DNA of 32,982 bases from contig CAZVZC010000023.1 of the NCBI GenBank assembly GCA_964631415.1, positions 1-32,982 of the forward strand. The letters are read 5' to 3'. Below are positions 1 to 8,887 of this stretch, one piece after another (the stretch's first letter is position 1; the number at the start of each line of letters is the position of its first letter). The notes beneath the pieces were generated by a model. That model did no database searches. It worked only from the letters and a program-made list of their open reading frames with translations, and was not told where the DNA came from. Origin of the DNA: an uncultured archaeon. Its GTDB lineage: Archaea; Asgardarchaeota; Thorarchaeia; Thorarchaeales; Thorarchaeaceae. The translations under genes and the position numbers were made by a program.

Positions 1-290
1 TGACGAAATACAGGACCGCCCATGTTTTCGGAATCCACAGCCAAGTTGATGGAACGGAGGCAGTCGTCATCTCTTATCAGTGGGCGGAAGGCTGGGCAAG
101 TCTGATTAGCTCTTCGGTATGGCCGCTATCTTGCTATCTATAGACTCTAACACGAGCGTTATGCTTTTCTTGGCTCAGGACGAGAACAGAGATAACTCAC
201 CGAGAAGTTCGATCGAGAACACCTGCACACCAGCAGTGGGATTCTCCCCATCATCCCTTATCCCAAATGGGAACGGAAACCTCGAGAGGA

Positions 291-1016
291 ATGAAAATGA
301 AAAGACAGATTACCCGCAGAGGACTGCTGCTGGTTTCATTTGTACTCTTCCAGACTCTCCTGATCTTTCATCTCTTCTTCTCACCAGTATTAGTCATCCT
401 CGCTGCATCTCAGGGAGTGGTGAATGGAAGCCTTGTGATTTTCGTTCTCCTGTTTCTGTCGTCCCTCTTTTTCGGCCGTGCCTTTTGCGGCTGGATCTGC
501 CCCGGCTCAGGACTAAATGAACTCTGCGCCGCCGCGACAAACAAGAGAGTGCCAGGCGGGCGGTTCCGGAAGGCGAAGTATGTGATCTCTGGTGTATGGC
601 TCTCGGCAATCGCGCTGCTTGCGCTGAGGGCAGGGGGGTTCCAGTCAATCGACCTGTTCTATGGCACGGGAACCTCCACCATCACTCAAGAGCTCATCAT
701 GTTCTTTGGCGTGATAGCCATCATTGTCCCAGCGGCCTTTCTTGTTGGAACGAGGACGAACTGTCAGTATGTGTGTTGGGTAGCTCCTATCATGATAGCA
801 GGAGCAGCCATCCAGCACCGAGCCGGGTGGCCTGCTCTTCATCTGACGGCGAACGCCGAGCTGTGTGAGCAGTGTGGGACTTGCAGTACTGCCTGTCCAA
901 TGAATCTGGATGTGATGGACAGGGTCCTGAAACAAGACCTCTATCACAAAGAGTGCATCTTATGCGGCAGCTGCATCGATGCATGTCCACATAGGGCTAT
1001 CAGTTATGCAGTGTAA
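291..1016 (+). CDS. Membrane-bound 4Fe-4S ferredoxin-type protein (NapH/MauN/YccM-like)
   Basis: Several TM segments, GRAFCGWICP and CQYVCW motifs, two C-terminal CxxCxxCxxxCP clusters; ATG at 291 chosen (ORF open from 267). Confidence 0.88.
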   Translation: MKMKRQITRRGLLLVSFVLFQTLLIFHLFFSPVLVILAASQGVVNGSLVIFVLLFLSSLFFGRAFCGWICPGSGLNELCAAATNKRVPGGRFRKAKYVISGVWLSAIALLALRAGGFQSIDLFYGTGTSTITQELIMFFGVIAIIVPAAFLVGTRTNCQYVCWVAPIMIAGAAIQHRAGWPALHLTANAELCEQCGTCSTACPMNLDVMDRVLKQDLYHKECILCGSCIDACPHRAISYAV

Positions 1017-1114
1017 CTAGGTGGTCCTTCACCACGAACGGCCAACTCGGGCTGGGCCTATCCGATCACTCCTCAACGATGCCTTCTGATTTCGCCGGGT
1101 AATGCCTGCGCAGA

Positions 1115-1954
1115 TCATTCCATTTCCAAGACCACAGAGTCGAACTGACCGGGCACGTATCGCAGATGCACTCGGATGGACTCCGATACCTGAACCTCAC
1201 GTAGCGTGTCGAATGGCAGAAAGAGCTCTCTCCATCCGTCGTTCATGTAGAGGTTCACCCCACTCACGAGTTGAGCCTCGAAGAAACCGACAATCCCGTG
1301 CAGGGCTCCTTTTTCCGAGATAGTGAAATCTAAACCTCTATCGACAGACGGAGTCTTCCTCATTGTTGAGAGATTGAACGTGATGAGTTCCCTTGCAGCA
1401 GCAAGATCCTTGCTTTCGTCGGGTCCCACCGTCTGAGGCACACGTGGGAACGTCATTCCATTGATTGTGAAACGCTCCCACAACGCCGGGCATTCAACTG
1501 GGACAACCCATACCCTAGCTTGTTCCGGCATCATCGTACCACCCTCCTTGAGAAGATGCCTCACTGCGTGGCAGCTGGCTGGAACCTGTTGCTCAATCAA
1601 CAACATCGATGAGAGCATCTCGCACACGACAACGTCTGCAGGCTCGTCGGGCACGAAGCCTGAGAAGTGGCCCTCATAGAAATCAATCTTGTCTTCCAGT
1701 CCATTCAACTTCGCCGCCTTCTTCGCATACTCGATGCACTCACGGTTGACATCAACCCCCGTCACCCTGCGAGCTCCCGCCATTACTGCAAGCATAGCGA
1801 GGGCTCCAGACCCAGTACCGAGATCTATGACGTAGCTCTCGGGTGTCACGACCACCCTGAGGGCTTCTTCGAACTTTGCGATACGCGACCTGTGACTGAG
1901 AAGGCTAGCAGCGTGAAGGACTTCAAATGGGGTAGCATAGTGCTTCTTTGGCAT
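1115..1954 (-). CDS. Class I SAM-dependent methyltransferase, PRMT-like fold
   Basis: VIDLGTGSG motif I, GARRVTGVD post-I, DVVVCEMLSSMLLIEQ double-E loop, LLKEGGTMMP, C-terminal beta-rich region. Confidence 0.82.
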   Translation of the reverse strand: MPKKHYATPFEVLHAASLLSHRSRIAKFEEALRVVVTPESYVIDLGTGSGALAMLAVMAGARRVTGVDVNRECIEYAKKAAKLNGLEDKIDFYEGHFSGFVPDEPADVVVCEMLSSMLLIEQQVPASCHAVRHLLKEGGTMMPEQARVWVVPVECPALWERFTINGMTFPRVPQTVGPDESKDLAAARELITFNLSTMRKTPSVDRGLDFTISEKGALHGIVGFFEAQLVSGVNLYMNDGWRELFLPFDTLREVQVSESIRVHLRYVPGQFDSVVLEME

Positions 1955-2199
1955 TGAACCTCCAGTTGAGGCTCAAGATATAACCAAGCCCCTTCTAGCG
2001 TACCGCGGCGCTCTCTGTTGCAGCAGCTGGGCCATTAATGCGGACCTGAACTCACATCGTGGCATGCAAACCAAAGCCCAACCGATACCATATGATAGGG
2101 TACTTATAATGCGGGAACAAGCCTGCAGCAAAGCTCTCGCGGGTCAACCTGCCCGTCGTTTCGACAGTCCCTTGTGGAACAGGAGAGGCACAGACCGAC

Positions 2200-3360
2200 T
2201 TGACCTCGACAAGAATCAGAGATGCAGCCCTTGCACTTGAGGGAGGACGTGCACAGGAGGCAGTGCTCATCCTTGAAGACATACTAAGGGACAACAGCAA
2301 GGATGGCGATGCTCTCGTGTGTCTTGGCATGGCCTATCTCCAGATGGGAAACCCCGCCGAAGCTGTGGATGCTTTGAGAAGGGCTGAGAACGTGGGCGAG
2401 GACAACTGCGTTCTTGCGTTGGTCATGGGTCGCGCATTGAAGGCAATCGGCGAGTTCGACGACTCCGAAACATATCTCCGCAGGGCCATTCGACTTGATC
2501 CAGACCAGCACGAAGCATGGAGTGACCTCTGCAAGGTGCTCTATGTCAAGGCTGACTACAGTCATGCTGCCGGGGCACTGAGACAGGCGATAGCCCATTT
2601 TCCAGATAACATCACGCTGCACTCTCTGTATGCTATGTGTCTCTATCGTATGGGGGACTACGATGGTGCAGCTGAAGTATGGGAGAGCGTGCACCGCCTC
2701 CAACCAGACTCAATAGTCGCCATCTCGAACCATGCCTACGCACTTCTCATCCAAGGGAAGGTCGATGAGGCAATGCCACTGATTGAGAGAGCTCGTTCTG
2801 TCGACTCTGACCACTACCGAACTCTCATTCTTCTCGGCGAGGTAGAGTTTCAGAGGGGTCGAAGAAGCGAGGCGGCGGCCTATTTCAGGAGAGTCTTGGA
2901 ACAGGACCCGACAAAGGTAGAGGCACTCGGAAGACTTGCCATACTGTCGCAGCTCGAAGGAAACAAGCGAAACTGCAGGAAGTACTTGGAGATGGCCAAG
3001 CGCAGCATAGGCAATGATCCCGAGGGCTGGCAAAAGCTGTTCGATGTATATCAGAGGCTAGGCTGGCACAAGGAACTGATGGACTGTCTCATCTCCGGTG
3101 CCCGGGATGATTCTGGCGCTGCAGCCGTGTGGATCGCTCTTGCGAAGGAGTACGACCGAGACGGGCAATCGCAGCTTGCACTTGATGCATGGATGGTATC
3201 TTTCAGACTCAGGGGGTACGTCAAGATCCACTGTCCCCATTGTGGACACGATTCCCGCGGGCTTTACCTGGAGAATGTCAGGTTCGACCCCCGCGAGGAG
3301 CAGATATGTCCTTGGTGCAAGAAAGCAATCCCGATGCCAGAAGGCCTTGCTCCTTATTAG
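2200..3360 (+). CDS. Tetratricopeptide repeat protein with C-terminal Zn ribbon
   Basis: Repeated ~34-aa TPR units (e.g. ALVCLGMAYLQMGNPAEAVDALRRA); CPHC...CPWC at C-terminus. Confidence 0.88.
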   Translation: MTSTRIRDAALALEGGRAQEAVLILEDILRDNSKDGDALVCLGMAYLQMGNPAEAVDALRRAENVGEDNCVLALVMGRALKAIGEFDDSETYLRRAIRLDPDQHEAWSDLCKVLYVKADYSHAAGALRQAIAHFPDNITLHSLYAMCLYRMGDYDGAAEVWESVHRLQPDSIVAISNHAYALLIQGKVDEAMPLIERARSVDSDHYRTLILLGEVEFQRGRRSEAAAYFRRVLEQDPTKVEALGRLAILSQLEGNKRNCRKYLEMAKRSIGNDPEGWQKLFDVYQRLGWHKELMDCLISGARDDSGAAAVWIALAKEYDRDGQSQLALDAWMVSFRLRGYVKIHCPHCGHDSRGLYLENVRFDPREEQICPWCKKAIPMPEGLAPY

Positions 3361-3383
3361 CTTGTACCGAAGCTTGCCGATCG

Positions 3384-3848
3384 ATGGACGACAGAAGATA
3401 TCCTGTTCACCCAATCCTTGGCGTTGGCGGCATTGTTGTCGGTCGTCAGGGAGTTCTGCTGGTGAAGCGGTACAAGGAACCGGGCAAGGGGACGTGGAGC
3501 CTGCCTGGTGGCGCAGTCGAAACAGGAGAAACTCAAGAGCAGGCATTGATCAGGGAAGTCCGCGAAGAAACTGGAGTCGAGTCAAGACCCATTCGGCTTG
3601 TTGGCACCGCAGACATTATTCTCCCCGACTCAACGGGCCTCATAGAGTATCACTTCGTAGTGAACCAATACCTAGTCCGTGCACTGACCGAAGATACGAA
3701 ACGGGAAGTGCCAGAGGCTGAGGTGGGATGGTTCTGGCCTGACTCTCTGCCGGAGCAAACGATGAACCCTGGAGTGCTCGATTTGCTGCAGACAACGAAC
3801 GACAGTATCATGTTGCTGCTTCAAGAAACACGGAGCGCGAAGGAATAG
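3384..3848 (+). CDS. NUDIX hydrolase (ADP-ribose pyrophosphatase/MutT-like)
   Basis: Nudix box GGAVETGETQEQALIREVREETG; typical RRYP.HP..GVGG N-terminus from ATG 3384. Confidence 0.92.
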   Translation: MDDRRYPVHPILGVGGIVVGRQGVLLVKRYKEPGKGTWSLPGGAVETGETQEQALIREVREETGVESRPIRLVGTADIILPDSTGLIEYHFVVNQYLVRALTEDTKREVPEAEVGWFWPDSLPEQTMNPGVLDLLQTTNDSIMLLLQETRSAKE

Positions 3849-3968
3849 GGTCTGTCGGGCCTCAATCTTGCCTGACGCTAGGCAAATCGCCATCAAGTAT
3901 AAGAGGAATGGGATATCCTTCAGACATAGCAGAACTCTACAACGTTCTCAAGGAAGTGTTCATTCCCA

Positions 3969-4427
3969 ATGTTTAGAACAATAATCTCTCTGGTAATATG
4001 CCTCGTTGTGGCTGTCATAATTGGCGCCTTCGCGATTCTAGGCCTCAACATCGCTGATATTCAGACCCTCTTGGGCTCTGGAGCCATCACTGCAGGCCTC
4101 CTTGCGTGGGGAGCAGCACTCTTCAAGGTACTAATAACGCCATACAACAGCGCCCTGCTAGGTGTATATGGTCCCATGGTCGCCCTTGGTGTCGCCGGGT
4201 TCATTGCAGGACTGATCTCGAAGAGCGGAGTCAGGATGTTCTTTGTCTCAATCATCTCAATGGTCCTCTTCTTCTTGGGCTACGCGATCCTGGGTTACAG
4301 TCTTGCTCTAGACCCCTCAGTACTGTGGCCTGCGATCACGTCAATCGCAATAGACCTCGGTGCGTCTTTCGCATTGCTCTTCATCCCGGGTGTCATAGGT
4401 GCAAGCCTGACTGCTGAAGAGTACTAG
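3969..4427 (+). CDS. Hypothetical integral membrane protein (4-5 TM)
   Basis: 152-aa, almost wholly hydrophobic ORF followed by a hairpin. Confidence 0.8.
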   Translation: MFRTIISLVICLVVAVIIGAFAILGLNIADIQTLLGSGAITAGLLAWGAALFKVLITPYNSALLGVYGPMVALGVAGFIAGLISKSGVRMFFVSIISMVLFFLGYAILGYSLALDPSVLWPAITSIAIDLGASFALLFIPGVIGASLTAEEY

Positions 4428-4444
4428 AACCAAGATAGCATCTC

Positions 4445-4463
4445 AGGGGGTGCTTCACCCCCT
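4445..4463. terminator. Stem-loop between convergent genes (putative bidirectional terminator)
   Basis: AGGGGGTG-CTT-CACCCCCT perfect 8-bp stem between stops at 4427 and 4463. Confidence 0.55.
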
Positions 4464-5980
4464 CATCTCATTTTTTCTTCGCCAGCCGATTTTAGCATCT
4501 TGAGTATCAGGCTGGAAACTAGGTCAAGAAATTCCTCAAGATACTCTGGAAGCACAAACGCGCCTGCAGCCATAGGGTGTCCACCCCCTTCTGCCACCAT
4601 CCTACCATGGTCACGATTGAGTGATTGACTCGCATTGACGAAGACATCTCTCAGGTTGACACCACTCTTGACGAGGGACCTTCCGACACGTCCTGATATC
4701 TTCACCATCGGACTGTCACCGGTAGTCTTGGTGCTCACTCCGATGACCGGCTTATCATCAGGGACAATTCTCGAGCCCTGCGCCATACCGATAACGACTC
4801 CGACAATCGTGTCCGGTGTCTCAGGATCCATGACCAAGTACATCCCGGGCTTTTCAATGAAGCCCCCAGTCTCGAGCCGTCGAAGGGCATTCGCAAGGTT
4901 CGCTCTGTGTTGCTGTAGAAGGACCTGACCCTCACGCCAGGATTCAAGGTCGCCAAGGCAGATTCTCACTCCGACCTCCGCCTTTCTGTTCCTCCCACAT
5001 GCGTTCAGCAGTGTTGAGAACTCCTTTGCAGTCCTTAGCTCGGTCTTGGGCGGACGTCGAACCAGAGTCATTACATCACCGATGATTCCGGTGGCAGCTC
5101 GCGGACTGTCATAACTCCGGACTATGACATCGATGAGCCTTTGGATGACTCGCTTCTTCTCCTCATTAGCAAGGTCCGTCCAGGTCCGCCAGCTGTCATC
5201 TGCGTCCTTCAACGGAATCCCAAGCTCGTCGAAGAACGCAAAACATGCGTCCCTGTTACCTGTTATTCCGGGAAGATATGGGTCTGTCGCATATTCGAGT
5301 AGATGCGGCAGGGGTCTTGTGCTTATCCCAAAGAACGTAAGGTCTCTTCGAACTGCCACATACCCCTCGGACTCTGCCAAGCCGACTATCGCCTTGTTGA
5401 TCCCGCTGAAGCCCCTGCCATAGTAGTCCTGCAGGTCTCCGGTAGCTCCTACGACCGCAAGCTCACTTAGGTCAACGTTATCTGGTGAAACGGTGTAGGC
5501 GACAAGAAACGCAGCACCCGCACCCGACAGGTCATAGCTACCTGCAATACCATGCCGACAAGGATTCACCTCTATGATCCCGTGCCCTTCGCCCGATGAA
5601 CTCCTCGTATCAGGCGCCTCATCGGGAACGTGGTGATCAAGGATTACGATGCACTCTATGCTCGGAGTGCCTTGCACATGTTCCTGAATCAGACCAATTT
5701 GCCCAGAGCCCAAGTCGCTGAATATTACAAGGTCTGGTTGCACCTCTTCAGCCAAACCTGCGACCTCAAGCACAGTTTCAGAGTTGAGCTGGTGAATGTT
5801 CCTCCAAACGACTTCCTTGCCAAGCCTCTTTAGCATACTGACCACTATTGACAGGGAAGTTATGCCATCCGCGTCGATGTGCGAGATGGCAAGAGCCTTC
5901 CTACAACGCGTGATTGCGCGAGAGGCTAGGTGAATCTGCTCTCGTAGTGACTCAGGCTCAATAGGGAACGGTCTTACCAT
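4463..5980 (-). CDS. recJ: RecJ-like DHH phosphoesterase (archaeal GAN/Cdc45 family)
   Basis: ISHIDADG, FSDLGSG, ILDHH, EFSTLLNACGR and DHHA1 GGGHPMAAGA motifs. Confidence 0.9.
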   Translation of the reverse strand: MVRPFPIEPESLREQIHLASRAITRCRKALAISHIDADGITSLSIVVSMLKRLGKEVVWRNIHQLNSETVLEVAGLAEEVQPDLVIFSDLGSGQIGLIQEHVQGTPSIECIVILDHHVPDEAPDTRSSSGEGHGIIEVNPCRHGIAGSYDLSGAGAAFLVAYTVSPDNVDLSELAVVGATGDLQDYYGRGFSGINKAIVGLAESEGYVAVRRDLTFFGISTRPLPHLLEYATDPYLPGITGNRDACFAFFDELGIPLKDADDSWRTWTDLANEEKKRVIQRLIDVIVRSYDSPRAATGIIGDVMTLVRRPPKTELRTAKEFSTLLNACGRNRKAEVGVRICLGDLESWREGQVLLQQHRANLANALRRLETGGFIEKPGMYLVMDPETPDTIVGVVIGMAQGSRIVPDDKPVIGVSTKTTGDSPMVKISGRVGRSLVKSGVNLRDVFVNASQSLNRDHGRMVAEGGGHPMAAGAFVLPEYLEEFLDLVSSLILKMLKSAGEEKMR

Positions 5981-5988
5981 AGATGTAC

Positions 5989-6031
5989 GCTGACCAGTCA
6001 GCCCGGCCGCAATTTAAGCTGACTGCTCAGC
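5989..6031 (-). promoter_or_regulatory. Putative recJ/GAN promoter: TATA-like element flanked by two palindromic 14-mers
   Basis: GCTGACCAGTCAGC (5989-6002) and GCTGACTGCTCAGC (6018-6031) bracket AATTTAA (6011-6017), about 33 bp upstream of the ATG. Confidence 0.5.
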
Positions 6032-6148
6032 AAAACCGAGATTTCCGGTAGTGCGCTCAACAAGCGGGCGCGATGATCTCAGATCTGCGGCCAACAAGCA
6101 AAGGATAAGACGGAAAAACGGGAATATGTCATCTGCTCGTTCGGTTCT

Positions 6149-6661
6149 TCACTTGACCTTTGCCACTTCGCGCTGCCATTCCCTCATGTCTTCACGCAGT
6201 TTCTTCAAATCAGTGGGACTAATCGGGTCGACACGTCCGTAAGTCCTCAGGATGCGCGTCCACCGCTGTATCCTGACGATCAACGGTCCGCCACCACCCT
6301 TCTGTTCGAACGTTTCTGCCGCGTCATTGAGCTTCACGGCAACATCGCTAGCGATTGCCCCTTCGCGAATCTGAGAGTCAAGCGTGTCCAAGACAGCCTG
6401 AAGTGAAGAAGACAGGCTCCTCTCTTCTGCGGCTTGTCCGCCAACAGGTCCAGCCAAGGCAACCTTTCTCATCATCTGCACGAGCTCGTCGATTTTGCTG
6501 CTATTGGCTTCCACTGCAGATGCCAGCCCAGACACGGCTTCCTGCGTTTCGCCAAACTTCGAGATGACCTCTATCATCCTGTTGAGTATGGTTGTGAGCC
6601 GTTCTAGTCCGCCGCTGATCTCAGTTAGCTTTGCCCTCACGTAAGTGTCCTGTTCGCTCAT
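6149..6661 (-). CDS. Hypothetical protein, N-terminal coiled coil plus helical C-terminal domain
   Basis: 170-aa ORF with heptad pattern, Gly/Pro linker; purine-rich GAAGGGAAG upstream of ATG. Confidence 0.78.
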   Translation of the reverse strand: MSEQDTYVRAKLTEISGGLERLTTILNRMIEVISKFGETQEAVSGLASAVEANSSKIDELVQMMRKVALAGPVGGQAAEERSLSSSLQAVLDTLDSQIREGAIASDVAVKLNDAAETFEQKGGGGPLIVRIQRWTRILRTYGRVDPISPTDLKKLREDMREWQREVAKVK

Positions 6662-6853
6662 GCACTTCCCTTCGAGTCTTCAAATGGGTGCTCCACAACG
6701 GGTTGGACTAAGTTCGGTGGCTGGTCTCATTAAACTTTCCTATGCGAAATCATGTTTTGACCCTTCACCACGGGAACGATGCCGCAACCCAATGCTATTA
6801 TATCCTGCAGAATCAGCAAACGTCAGAGTATCATTAGATTCCCGTGTCGAAAC

Positions 6854-7222
6854 ATGAGGAGGTTGCGGGTCCTGCACATCATCAACTACAAGAAACGAGA
6901 GGAACGTCCAGTTGAGCTGGCCGGTGCCGACAAAGCAACGGTACGATGGTTAATCGACCATACCATAGGTGCGAAGACTTATGCGATGAGATATTTCGAG
7001 ATCAAGCCGGGAGGTCTGATTCCTCTGCATCAGCACCCCGAGGAGCATGAGATCTTCGTTCTCAGTGGGCAGGCAAAGGTACTCGGATCTACCGAGGATG
7101 CGACCGCACATAAGGACGACGTGATATTCGTCGCACCAAACGAGCCTCATGGCTACGACAACAAGCACAGCAAGGAAACCTTCCGATTCATCTGTGTGAT
7201 CCCGCTTCTCAAGAGCGATTAG
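6854..7222 (+). CDS. Cupin domain protein
   Basis: PLHQHPEEHEIFVLSG and PNEPHGY cupin metal motifs; start 6854 (ATG) or 6863 (TTG after GAGGAGG). Confidence 0.9.
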   Translation: MRRLRVLHIINYKKREERPVELAGADKATVRWLIDHTIGAKTYAMRYFEIKPGGLIPLHQHPEEHEIFVLSGQAKVLGSTEDATAHKDDVIFVAPNEPHGYDNKHSKETFRFICVIPLLKSD

Positions 7223-7305
7223 CCCACCAAGGCTCTTGCGGGTGACACGCGCCGCTAGTGCAGAGGAAACGAACAACCCATCTACGGCAGAATGAGGCGA
7301 GACGT

Positions 7306-8112
7306 GTGAAACTGGCAACCAAGAAACTCTGGCTGTTTGACGTTGATAACACTCTTGTCAAGGACGTTGAGCACCCGATACCATTTCCTGATGCAATCCG
7401 ACTTTGTCAGGAGCTGCAAGGCAGAGGCAAAGCCATTGGGATACTGACCAATGTCGGCCGTCTCTCCTCAAGGCAGATCCAAACCGCGGTCAATAGTGCG
7501 GGGTTTGGATTCGAACGAGATAAGACCTTCAGCGCCGGAGCGGCGGCTGCCGCCTTCATACACAACAGACACCCAGGAGCACGCTGCTTTGTGATAAGCG
7601 AAGGTGGAGCAATTGAGGACTTCATTGCGAGAGGACTGGACGTCACTAACAACCCGCCCGTTCAGTATGTAGCAGTTGGTGCAGACCGGGGGCTGACTTT
7701 CGACAAGCTCAACTTCGCGACCAAAATGGTCAAACAGGGCGCGGGTCTTATCTGTATAAGCGGCAGCAGAGACTATCCTGGTGTGTACTTGGGGATTGAG
7801 GACACATTTATTGGAGAACGCTCGATAGTCGCTGCGATTGAAGATGCAACAGGGGCCAAGGCTACGATTGTCGGGAAGCCTCTACCAGAGATGTTTGTTG
7901 AATCAGCAAAGTCCTTGGGTTTTCGTGCCACTGACTGTGCGATGGTGGGTGATAACCCGGCATCTGACATAGCCGGTGGTAGGGCCGCAGGCATGTTCAC
8001 CGTGCTTGTGAGAAGAGACCCCAAGCAAATACTCGAATACGAATCCCGCGGTCTTGACCAGACGCCAGACATTATAGTCGACAGCCTCGAGGAAATCATT
8101 GACAAGCTGTAG
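7306..8112 (+). CDS. HAD-superfamily subfamily IIA hydrolase (NagD-like)
   Basis: LFDVDNTL motif I, ILTN motif II, VGKP and MVGDNPASDI motifs; start approximate. Confidence 0.9.
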   Translation: MKLATKKLWLFDVDNTLVKDVEHPIPFPDAIRLCQELQGRGKAIGILTNVGRLSSRQIQTAVNSAGFGFERDKTFSAGAAAAAFIHNRHPGARCFVISEGGAIEDFIARGLDVTNNPPVQYVAVGADRGLTFDKLNFATKMVKQGAGLICISGSRDYPGVYLGIEDTFIGERSIVAAIEDATGAKATIVGKPLPEMFVESAKSLGFRATDCAMVGDNPASDIAGGRAAGMFTVLVRRDPKQILEYESRGLDQTPDIIVDSLEEIIDKL

Positions 8113-8142
8113 CTCAGGCATTCAGCCGCCAAGAGAACCCTC

Positions 8143-8712
8143 TCATTCGATGCCTTTGCGCCTTCCTGCTCTGACCGTTTCGGACCGTGACTTCTCGTGA
8201 ATCAGCTTGCCAACCTGTTCGAATAGGTCAGCCACGTTGGACCCGGTCTTGGCGCTTGTGACGATGAATGTGGACCCGATGCCACTGGCATATCTCTCTG
8301 CTAGGGATTGGTCAATGCCGTAGGGCTGCAGATCCGCCTTGTTACCGACGACGATGAACGGCACACGACGTCTGATGAACCTGACAGCCTCCTGAATCCA
8401 GTTGGGCAACGACCTGAACGTGTCAGCTCTTGTCAGATCAAACATGACCACCAGTCCCATGGCGCCATCGTAGAAGTTTGCCCGAATCTCCTTGAAGCTG
8501 TCATTACCAGCCAAGTCCCAGATGATCAGTTTGATGCTAACAGTTCCTTCCTTGCTTTCTACGTCAATAACTCTTGAGTAGTGCTGCACGCCCACGGTAG
8601 CCATGTACGCGTGTCTGAACCAGCCCTGCGACCACCGGATCACAACACTGGTCTTTCCTACACCCGCGTCCCCCACTATGCACACTTTGTACACGAAGGA
8701 AGTGGTGGTCAA
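8143..8712 (-). CDS. Rab-like small GTPase (Ras superfamily)
   Basis: G1 GDAGVGKT, G2 T, G3 WDLAG, G4 NKAD, G5 SAK; TTG start after GGGAGG. Confidence 0.92.
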   Translation of the reverse strand: MTTTSFVYKVCIVGDAGVGKTSVVIRWSQGWFRHAYMATVGVQHYSRVIDVESKEGTVSIKLIIWDLAGNDSFKEIRANFYDGAMGLVVMFDLTRADTFRSLPNWIQEAVRFIRRRVPFIVVGNKADLQPYGIDQSLAERYASGIGSTFIVTSAKTGSNVADLFEQVGKLIHEKSRSETVRAGRRKGIE

Positions 8713-8887
8713 TAGCCTCCCTCAGGCGTGGATTACGGCAGGTGGTGAACTACCGTGATAGTGCTTAAGGATTGTGCGGCTCTATTGCTTGTTCACAGGT
8801 CGTTCAGACCTGCGCGATGCTGTTAATATGCCGCATCTAATCAGAACTCGAAAAGCAGAAACACTCGCGTGAGGGCAGAAGCTGTCG

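Noticed and set aside
1-266. Possible gene fragment at the left edge and ORF 119-520
   Set aside because: Short open frames on both strands with no motif; 119-520 overlaps the ferredoxin gene out of frame
3058-3721. Long alternative ORFs (162 aa minus, 207 aa plus)
   Set aside because: Shadow frames of the TPR and Nudix genes with Arg/Ser/Pro-rich non-protein-like composition
6149-6661. SNARE-like call for the coiled coil
   Set aside because: No C-terminal TM anchor and no clear zero layer; a generic heptad pattern is insufficient
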